The notes beneath the pieces were generated by a model that made no database searches, was not told where the DNA came from, and saw nothing but the letters and a program-made list of their open reading frames with translations. DNA of 24,069 bases from Candidatus Bathyarchaeota archaeon (GTDB taxonomy: Archaea; Thermoproteota; Bathyarchaeia; Bathyarchaeales; Bathycorpusculaceae): the NCBI GenBank assembly GCA_963826715.1, contig CAWGYA010000004.1, positions 1-24,069 of the forward strand, written 5' to 3'. Numbering within the stretch: position 1 is the first letter of the stretch; each line of letters begins with the position of its first letter. Made by a program: the position numbers and the translations under genes. Below, piece after piece: positions 9,261 to 16,590 of the stretch.

Positions 9261-10041
9261 ATATTTTAAGCAAGAAACTGCTTGCATTAGAAAAAAATGT
9301 GTTGCCTGAACTCCCGAAAAAGGCACGACTAAAATAACATGGGAAAACGGGGACATTGCGTTAGATCGAGCTGAAAACGAATTACATAGGCGAGCGACTC
9401 AAATCTTGGAAGCTCACGCGCAAGAAATGCAGGAAGCATTATCACGGGGAGAAACTGATGGCGCCCAATTGTCTTCAGCCGACCAAGCACTTGTGGACGC
9501 AGCGAACCATCGTTTTATGGCTAGGATATTTGAGATTTTCCAAACCTTCACTGATGCTTTTGTAACGTATAAGGATCCTATGGCTAATTGGGTGTTCTAT
9601 ACACGGTTTTATTGGCTAATAGAGGAAACCCGCAAGTTTAAAGAGCAATTCGACGCGGAACAAGCAGTTTTTAGTACGCCTGGCTATTGGGAACTTTGCG
9701 AAGGCGAACAAGAAAGCCATTTAGCTCCCGTTTATGCAGCTTGGAACCATGATCTATTTACTCCTGAGAGTTTTGAGCGCTACTGTTACCACCATCATGT
9801 TTTCAAAACAACCGAGGACATACAGCAGTTTATCGCCAACAGGACTCCTGAGCAGGCTAGGCAAGACGAGTTAGAAGAACAGCAAGAAGAAATTGAGGAA
9901 AAAGCAACTGCGGAAAGAAACGCGCATTATCTTAAAGAGAAATGTCCCACTTGCCCGAAGCAGTGCGACTGGTTTAAGAAAAATGGCCAAAATGATCAAT
10001 TATCGAGTGCAGAAAAAATAACGGAGAATCCGAAAATATGA
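9257..10041 (+). CDS. hypothetical protein with C-terminal CxxCxxxC motif, interrupted by a -1 frameshift near 9310-9337
   Basis: ATG 9257 opens a 26-aa frame ending TAA 9335-9337. The -1 frame is open from 9310 to 10041 (TPEKGTTKITWE...LEAHAQE...KCPTCPKQC). Joined product about 261 aa. Confidence 0.65.
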
Positions 10042-10610
10042 GCGACAAACAAGTTGAAACCGAGCGAGACCGAGAAATTCCTATTCCCATGTCGGAACGG
10101 GTGAAAATCAGCGAGCTCAAGTTTGACCAAGACAACCCCAACATGATAAGTCTTGCGCAGCTTGACCGCTTAAAAGCTTCAATTAAAAGGTGGGGTGACA
10201 TCGTTCCCGTCGTCACCAACAGTGAGCTTTTGGTGGCTGATGGATCGCAGCGTGTTACGGCTATGAAGGAGCTTGGCATGACTGAATGCAGCATCATTCG
10301 TTTGCCCATTAAGGATGTTGATCGCAGATTGCTTAGACAGGTGCTAAACAAACTAAAAGGCAAACATAACCCAGAGTTGGACAGCGCCGAATACTTGCGC
10401 ATAGTTGAGAAGGGCGAAAAGGAAGACTTGAAGGCACTTCTTGCTTCCGTCGGTGAGAAGCTTCCCATAGAGGTGGATGATAGCGAGATTTCTTTTTCAA
10501 TTCCCGGAACCTACGAGATAATTGTTGAGTGCAGAGATGAGGCTGATCAAAAGTGCAAGTTTAAGAAGTTAAAGTTGGAGGGGTATAAGCTTCGGATTTT
10601 GACATTGTAA
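10038..10610 (+). CDS. ParB/Srx N-terminal domain protein (ParB-like nuclease fold)
   Basis: VKISELKFDQDNPN, LKASIKRWG...PVV, LVADGSQRVTAMKELG (DGHxR-like), plus small C-terminal domain YEIIVECRDEADQ...EGYKLRILTL. Confidence 0.88.
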   Translation: MSDKQVETERDREIPIPMSERVKISELKFDQDNPNMISLAQLDRLKASIKRWGDIVPVVTNSELLVADGSQRVTAMKELGMTECSIIRLPIKDVDRRLLRQVLNKLKGKHNPELDSAEYLRIVEKGEKEDLKALLASVGEKLPIEVDDSEISFSIPGTYEIIVECRDEADQKCKFKKLKLEGYKLRILTL

Positions 10611-11272
10611 AACGCTGGGACGAATCAGACAGCTTTCGAGCTCAAAGTGTTGTGGGTAGCTATACATTAAGTGATGTGAAGTTGGAGAAGCGCTTTAAGG
10701 GTTCTTTGCCTCTTGAAGATTTTGATTGGCAAGTCGGCGTGATAGTGGGGCGTAGTGGATCCGGCAAGACAAGCATCGCTAAACAACTCTTCCCAAAAGC
10801 CTACATCAGAAAATTTGATTATAACAGTAAATGTGTTCTTGATGATTTTCCCCAAGAGCTGGAAACCTCTGAAATAACTCGGATGCTTTGCAGTGTGGGT
10901 TTTGCGTCTCCTCCTGATTGGCTCAAAAGCTATGGGTGTTTAAGTCAAGGGGAAAAAATGCGGGTTGATATTGCGAGAGCGCTTTGTTTAGCTGAACCTT
11001 TGATTGTCTTTGACGAGTTCACATCGGTTGTGGACCGAGAAATAGCTAAAGTCAGCGCTTTTGCCATAAGCAAGGCAGTTCGCAGAAGCAGAAAGAAGTT
11101 CATTGCAGTTACCTGCCACTATGATGTGGTTGATTGGCTTGATCCAGATTGGGTATTTAGTACTGATACTATGGAGTTTAGTCGAAAAAAAGAAGGCGGC
11201 CGCCCGTTGAACTCCAAATCCATCGGTGCGGCAAAGGTCTATGGACACTGTTTCGGCAATATCACTATCTAA
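10589..11272 (+). CDS. soluble ABC-type ATPase (N-terminal part of ABC-GNAT fusion); first canonical start GTG 10652, frame open from 10589
   Basis: Walker A GRSGSGKT, signature LSQGE, Walker B IVFDE, H-loop VTCH. No permease nearby. Confidence 0.88.
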   Translation, partial: ASDFDIVKRWDESDSFRAQSVVGSYTLSDVKLEKRFKGSLPLEDFDWQVGVIVGRSGSGKTSIAKQLFPKAYIRKFDYNSKCVLDDFPQELETSEITRMLCSVGFASPPDWLKSYGCLSQGEKMRVDIARALCLAEPLIVFDEFTSVVDREIAKVSAFAISKAVRRSRKKFIAVTCHYDVVDWLDPDWVFSTDTMEFSRKKEGGRPLNSKSIGAAKVYGHCFGNITI

Positions 11273-11661
11273 ACGGTTCCCTAGGAGCAGGAGTCAGATG
11301 CTACACCGCAGCCTATCAAAGTAAGCCCATTGCATTCATAGCTGTGGCATGCGTCAGAATGAAATCAAAATATTATCGCGTAAGCCGCTTAGTCGTGCTA
11401 CCGGACTACCAAGGAATCGGAGTAGGCAAACGACTCCTTAACTTCATAGCCGAACTCTACACATCTCAAACAAAGATGCCCTTTTACATACTAACTAGTA
11501 ACCCTCAGATTATCAGAGGAAACCTCACAAATTGGAGAATAACCCGATTTGGGCATGCAAGTAAAGGAAAAGATAATTCAAAAATAAACACAGAAATTAG
11601 AAACAGTCTAAGTCGAAAACGCATAACCATTTCCCTTAGATATATTCTAAGAGAGAAATGA
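11182..11661 (+). CDS. GNAT-fold acetyl/acyltransferase, C-terminal part of ABC-GNAT fusion (reached by -1 frameshift)
   Basis: Frame opens after TAG 11179-11181: KKRRRPPVELQIHRCGKGLWTLFRQYHYLNG...VSRLVVLPDYQGIGVG (acyl-CoA motif A). The first canonical start (GTG 11344) would truncate the fold. Confidence 0.85.
   Translation, partial: SKKRRRPPVELQIHRCGKGLWTLFRQYHYLNGSLGAGVRCYTAAYQSKPIAFIAVACVRMKSKYYRVSRLVVLPDYQGIGVGKRLLNFIAELYTSQTKMPFYILTSNPQIIRGNLTNWRITRFGHASKGKDNSKINTEIRNSLSRKRITISLRYILREK
11185..11232 (+). promoter_or_regulatory. candidate programmed -1 ribosomal frameshift signal
   Basis: In-frame slippery heptamer A AAA AAA (11185-11191), 7-nt spacer, hairpin GCCGC-CCG-U-UG / CA-U-CGG-U-GCGGC (11199-11232). 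Confidence 0.6.
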
Positions 11662-11671
11662 GCACCTTTAT

Positions 11672-13375
11672 TCAGTCTTTAACTAATTGAGAAGGAATCG
11701 ATATAACAAATTTTACTCCTCTTCCTTGTTCGCCTTCTTCAGTGATACTCCAACCATAGATATCCATCATTTTTTTGGTTAGAAATAATCCAAAGCCAGT
11801 GCTACCACCAGTACTAAATCCCTTGGAGAAAAGCTTCAACTTATTTTCCCCCGATATACCCACACCATCATCTTCATAAGTCAACACCACGTTGCCTTGG
11901 TCAGTTTTTTTATAGGTAATTCTTATTGTAGTGGTTTTTTGACCATATTTTATTGTGTTATCAATAAAGTTATAGAACATTTGCCTTAGCAAAGAATCAG
12001 CTAACACTGTCAAGCCGTGACATTCATTTGTTATCTTTGGAAGCGCCCCTGAGAAGAGAGCTACAGCTTCGTTCATTTTAGCTTCAACATCAATGTTAGC
12101 TAGTTCTTCTGCACCTAATTGTTCATACATTTTGGCGAAATCAAAAATCTTCATCGAATCTTTAACAGCCTGCTCCATCTTACCTAACCCCTCAACAACA
12201 TCTGCCTCATCCGCATGCTTCTTTTTGAGAATATACGCATAACCAGTCACAGCCGAGAGTTTATTACGAACATCATGCCTAGTTAAGCTACCAACCACTT
12301 GGAGCTTTTCATTTAAAACTTGAACTTTCTCCATGTTAGAAGACAGAAACTCTAACGCTAAAGTCAAATCTTTGTGGTCCTGTTTTTGCACCGTGACATC
12401 TCGAAAAATACCCGCCATCGTCCTCTTGCCATTAAGCTGAAAAACCCCAGCTTTTATTGCCACGTCCCGAAGATCCCCTTTTGAGGTTATAACTTGAGTT
12501 TCAATAAACTCTGCACTTCCACGAGCAGATTCCTGAAAGGTTTGAGAAAATTCGCCGGCACTTTCTTGTTTGGGATGCAGAAGGCTTTGGTGTTTTCCAA
12601 TAATATCTGTCTTATCTCTAAGGACTAGTTTTGTTGCTTCAAGATTACAGTCAACTATCAACCCTGTTTCTATGTCAGCAACAAAGATTGCGTCACCAGC
12701 AGCTTCAAAAATGGTTTTGTATTTAATTTCAAGTTCTTCAAGTTGATTTTTGGTTTTAGCAAGTTGTTGTTGAACCTTGAAAAAAGTAGCATTGCTGCCG
12801 TGGGCATCATTTGTTGGGAGAATGAAAACCAAGAATATGAAAACATAGGCAAAAACTTGCCCGAACATGTAAAATGCTGGACCAAATCCTAAGCTTCCAC
12901 TAAAACCTGCTACTGTAAAAGATGCAACAGAAAACAGTAACAACACGTCTTCAGTTTTTCGTTTTCTCAGCCAAACAAGCATTAGAAAGCTTAAGGTCAA
13001 AAAGCTTAAACCGATAATAGCGCCCAGTCTTATACTTGGATAATCAAATGGAAGAAAAATCGTCACAACTACGGTAATAACGATAGCTAGAAATGCTTTG
13101 AAGAGTTTGTCAAAAGATTTGTAATTGCTCCATCCAGAGAAACCTGTAATTAAGACAGCGATCATTATTGGAAATCCGCCTGAACCATAAAGTTTTTCGA
13201 GGAAGAATATTCCTGTGGAAGGAATTATTTTTTCTATGAGTGAAATTGATGCAAAAGCGAAAGAAAGTGCAAACATTAGTTTTCGCTTGTCTTTATCTTG
13301 ATAAAACATGTATCCAAAATATGCTGCGAATAATGCAGGTAACAGGGAAAATCCTAACCAAAGAAAGTCTAACAT
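11672..13375 (-). CDS. membrane-bound PAS sensor histidine kinase
   Basis: About 7 hydrophobic N-terminal segments, PAS (IFEAAGDAIFVAD), H-box LTRHDVRNKL, NFIDN, DDGVGI, GFGLFL. Confidence 0.93.
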   Translation of the reverse strand: MLDFLWLGFSLLPALFAAYFGYMFYQDKDKRKLMFALSFAFASISLIEKIIPSTGIFFLEKLYGSGGFPIMIAVLITGFSGWSNYKSFDKLFKAFLAIVITVVVTIFLPFDYPSIRLGAIIGLSFLTLSFLMLVWLRKRKTEDVLLLFSVASFTVAGFSGSLGFGPAFYMFGQVFAYVFIFLVFILPTNDAHGSNATFFKVQQQLAKTKNQLEELEIKYKTIFEAAGDAIFVADIETGLIVDCNLEATKLVLRDKTDIIGKHQSLLHPKQESAGEFSQTFQESARGSAEFIETQVITSKGDLRDVAIKAGVFQLNGKRTMAGIFRDVTVQKQDHKDLTLALEFLSSNMEKVQVLNEKLQVVGSLTRHDVRNKLSAVTGYAYILKKKHADEADVVEGLGKMEQAVKDSMKIFDFAKMYEQLGAEELANIDVEAKMNEAVALFSGALPKITNECHGLTVLADSLLRQMFYNFIDNTIKYGQKTTTIRITYKKTDQGNVVLTYEDDGVGISGENKLKLFSKGFSTGGSTGFGLFLTKKMMDIYGWSITEEGEQGRGVKFVISIPSQLVKD

Positions 13376-13395
13376 AGAAAATCAGTCCACAACAC

Positions 13396-16230
13396 TCAGA
13401 CCCCTTTTATTGGATCACTCTCAAAGACGCCTTTGAGATTTTGGCAGTCTTCTTTTTGGTAATTGCTGAGTCTTGGAATGGTTATGATAAATTTTGCTCC
13501 CTTGCCTTGCTCGCCCTCTTCAATTATGGTCCAGCCGTAAACATCCATCATCTTCTTAACCAAATACAATCCAAAACCGCTACCTTTACCAGTTGTAAAG
13601 CCCGCCTCGAAAAGCTTAGACTTGTTATTTTCGTGTACACCGACACCATTATCCTCATAGAACAGTTTTACCCCTTTACCATCTTCAGTATAGTGTAATC
13701 TTATTTGGGTGACTTTTTCTCCATGTTTGAGCGAGTTGTCAATAAAATTATAGAACAACTGTTTTAAAAGAGAATCTGCAACAACTACAAGCCCCTTGCA
13801 CTCATTAACAACCTCAACACCACCCAAGTTAGGCATTAGCGCAACAGCTTGATTGAAACACCCAAAAACATTCTCTTGAGATGGTTTTTCAGCGCCAATT
13901 CGCTCATAGAGTCGGCTAAACTCAAAAATTCTTTCAGACGAAGTAAGCGAAGAGTCCATGTTATCTAAATACTTAGCTAAATCTGGATTATCCCCAATCC
14001 TCTTCCTTAGCAAATACAAGTTAGATTCAGCAGACATCAACTTGTTAGCAACATCATGTCTAGTCAAAGAACCCACAACACGAAGCTTCTCATTTAAAAT
14101 TTCAAGGTTTTTTTGGTGATCCTCAATAGACTTCAACTTCCAACTATTATTGAGCGCCATAGCTGCATATTCCCCAAAGCCAGCACCTACCAAAGCATTC
14201 CTCTCAGTAAAATCACCAGATTTATTCGCAAGACCCATAACCCCAACTGCCTTGCCATCGACAACCAAAGGAACAAACATCACATTCCTCAGCTGCACAT
14301 GACCCTTAGGCATAAACTTCATCCAATCACTCTTTGAAAAATCATTCTCATAAACTACCTTGCAAGTTCGATAAGCAGTTTCCCGCAAACCCCGTATGGG
14401 CATAGGTAAACTTGCATCAACCATACAGCTAAGTCCCCCTGAATCCAAAAACAAAACCATATTCTCAGACCCATCATCAGACAGAAGCGCAACATATCCG
14501 GCAGTAGCTCCAATTAAGTTTTTGCAGTTATCAAAAATCATTTTAGCAGATACCGCAAAATCACTATTATTAAGCACTGCGCGAGTACTATCCAAGAATG
14601 CTGAAACTTCTTTTTCACGAAGAGCAGTTTTAGCTAATGCTTCTAGTAATTTCTCTTCCGCTTTTTTCCATTTAGTAACATCTCTAGATACTCCTCTAAA
14701 ACCAAGCAAACTGCCTTTGTCGTCAAAAAAAGGAACACCATTGGTTTCCACAAAAATCAAGTTACATAGGTTATCGCAAGCAGTTGTTTGGAATCCACGA
14801 AATGGTTTAGGAGAACCACTTTTCACCCCAAAAAGCTTTAACGCCAGTTCTTTATCGCGTGGAGGCATCATATCAAAAGGTGTTTTCCCAAGCATTTCTT
14901 CGGGTTTAAGTCCCCATATCTTCTCAATTTGAGGACTACAATAAGTATAGCGTCCCTGAGAATCCGTTTCCCAAATAAACTCACCCGTAGTCTCTACTAA
15001 GTCCTGAAATCTATCTTCACTCACTACAAGCGACTTTTCCATTTTCCTTTTTTCTTGGAAGTTCCTAATTATTCCCAATACACCTGTAACCTTGCCCTCT
15101 TCATCATGCAAAAGCGTCCCCTTATAGCTAACTGGGATACGCTCCCGACTCTTAGTGTAAACCTCAAGGTCAAAGGGGTCTGTTACTACTTTTCCTCTTA
15201 AGCCATCATAAAACAACTTCATTGTTTTAAGCAAATATTTTGCTGGGATTAACTTTAAGAGCGAAACTGGCAGATCACTGTCACTGTAGCCAAGCATTTT
15301 CATCCCGTAGTTGTTTGCCCAGTTGACTTTCGCGCTTAGGTCAATTGTAAAGATTCCATCATTAGAGGATTCTACTAGCTGGCGATATTTCTCCTCGCTT
15401 CTTCTTATTGCATCTTGAACAAATTTGCGCTCTGTAATGTCTTCGAGTTCAGCAACAAAAAGAACTGGTTTACCCTCGTTGTCTCGTATTGCACTAACTA
15501 TAACTTTACAATCAATAACGTTACCGTCTTTTCGAACATACCGTTTCTCTTGACTAAAATAGGGAATGTTTCCGCAGATAAGTTCTTGCATTTCGTTATT
15601 ACTGACTGTAATGTCCTTTGGGTATGTTATGTCTCTAAAAGAACGTTTTTGCAACTCATCTTCTGAGTAACCAACTATTTTGCAAAATGCCTCATTTGCA
15701 CTTTTAAAACGCATATTTGAATCCGATGTCGCAATTCCAAGAGGAGCATTATCAACAATTGCCTTTAGCTCTGCTTGGTTTTTCCTAAGTAACTCATCAG
15801 ATTTTTTGTGTTTAAAACATGTTCGAATACCATATGCAAGTTCACCGTAAACAGTTTCAGGGTTACCTTGCTTGTTAATGTATCCGTTTGCCCCAAGGTT
15901 TAGGGCTTTGATGGCTACTTCTTCTCTGCCTTTGCCTGTGAATAATATGAATGGAATTTCATTGTTTTGTTCATGGAGTACTTTTAGGAATTGGAGTCCG
16001 TCTTTTTGAGGCATATCATAATCAGAAACCACAACATCATACTTTTTACTTTTTAATTTTCTAAGACCTTCATCAACAGAAGGGGCATCATCAATTTCAA
16101 ATCTTTCATCTAAATCAAGCAGCATTAGTTTTGTTATCTCTTGAATAGACTGGTCATCGTCAACATGTAGGACTTTAATGGTGTTAGCTTCTTTGAGACC
16201 ACTTAAATCTGAAGCTTGCAGATTAGTCAA
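13396..16230 (-). CDS. hybrid REC-PAS-PAS-PAS-GAF histidine kinase
   Basis: REC (VLHVDDD, VSDYDMP, FTG, YINK), three PAS/PAC repeats, GAF (NVMFVPLVVDGKAVGVMGLAN), H-box LTRHDVANKL, DNGVGV, GFGLYL. Confidence 0.94.
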   Translation of the reverse strand: MTNLQASDLSGLKEANTIKVLHVDDDQSIQEITKLMLLDLDERFEIDDAPSVDEGLRKLKSKKYDVVVSDYDMPQKDGLQFLKVLHEQNNEIPFILFTGKGREEVAIKALNLGANGYINKQGNPETVYGELAYGIRTCFKHKKSDELLRKNQAELKAIVDNAPLGIATSDSNMRFKSANEAFCKIVGYSEDELQKRSFRDITYPKDITVSNNEMQELICGNIPYFSQEKRYVRKDGNVIDCKVIVSAIRDNEGKPVLFVAELEDITERKFVQDAIRRSEEKYRQLVESSNDGIFTIDLSAKVNWANNYGMKMLGYSDSDLPVSLLKLIPAKYLLKTMKLFYDGLRGKVVTDPFDLEVYTKSRERIPVSYKGTLLHDEEGKVTGVLGIIRNFQEKRKMEKSLVVSEDRFQDLVETTGEFIWETDSQGRYTYCSPQIEKIWGLKPEEMLGKTPFDMMPPRDKELALKLFGVKSGSPKPFRGFQTTACDNLCNLIFVETNGVPFFDDKGSLLGFRGVSRDVTKWKKAEEKLLEALAKTALREKEVSAFLDSTRAVLNNSDFAVSAKMIFDNCKNLIGATAGYVALLSDDGSENMVLFLDSGGLSCMVDASLPMPIRGLRETAYRTCKVVYENDFSKSDWMKFMPKGHVQLRNVMFVPLVVDGKAVGVMGLANKSGDFTERNALVGAGFGEYAAMALNNSWKLKSIEDHQKNLEILNEKLRVVGSLTRHDVANKLMSAESNLYLLRKRIGDNPDLAKYLDNMDSSLTSSERIFEFSRLYERIGAEKPSQENVFGCFNQAVALMPNLGGVEVVNECKGLVVVADSLLKQLFYNFIDNSLKHGEKVTQIRLHYTEDGKGVKLFYEDNGVGVHENNKSKLFEAGFTTGKGSGFGLYLVKKMMDVYGWTIIEEGEQGKGAKFIITIPRLSNYQKEDCQNLKGVFESDPIKGV

Positions 16231-16421
16231 ATATTCGTGTCCCCGAAGTAAAATTACTCTTAAGATTTAATACTTGATTACTAAATACTAAGACTGCAAA
16301 ATAAATATATGTTTACTTTAAGTTTAAAATTGTGCAAAAAGTTTTTCTGGAAATTCAGATGATATTTATCTTTTTTATTTATTCTTTAGGGATAATCTAA
16401 GTATCTCATTGCACTCAATAG

Positions 16422-16529
16422 ATAGGGTTTGCTGGGGCTCTGGACCAAGTTTAGGAGAAAAGGTAAGGAGCAGCACTCGTCACCGCATGGGACGTGTGAA
16501 TTTTATCCAGAGCCCTCTCAGCCCTCTAT
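16422..16529 (-). ncRNA. candidate structured ncRNA closed by a bulge-helix-bulge (BHB) motif
   Basis: 10-bp perfect stem 16435-16444/16506-16515, 4-bp helix GCUG/CAGC flanked by 3-nt bulges AGA and AAA, short outer helix, internal hairpin 16474-16498. TTTAAG TATA-like box at 16550-16545 (minus strand). Confidence 0.55.
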
Positions 16530-16552
16530 TTTTTCCAATGCATTCTTAAACT

Positions 16553-16570
16553 AAAAAAGGGGAAAGGTTT
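16553..16570 (-). terminator. pyrimidine/oligo-U terminator of the beta-propeller gene
   Basis: Minus strand CCTTTCCCCTTTTTT starts about 25 nt after the stop at 16591. Confidence 0.45.
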
Positions 16571-16590
16571 TGGTTTTGTTGTTTTTTGTT

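Larger units (their letters stand above)
8964..11661 (+). mobile_element. virus/MGE-derived operon remnant (small ORFs + ParB-like + ABC ATPase + GNAT)
   Basis: Tightly overlapping co-oriented ORFs (ATGA overlaps at 9257 and 10038) with gene content typical of viral/MGE modules. No integrase, capsid or terminal repeats seen. Confidence 0.55.

Noticed and set aside
10652-11272. ABC transporter interpretation
   Set aside because: No permease or binding protein nearby, and the ATPase is linked to GNAT and ParB genes.
16429-16522. Box C/D or H/ACA guide RNA or split tRNA interpretation of the BHB element
   Set aside because: Only a degenerate GUGACGA is present, with the CUGA upstream of it and outside the excised piece. 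No terminal ACA and no D- or T-arm motifs.
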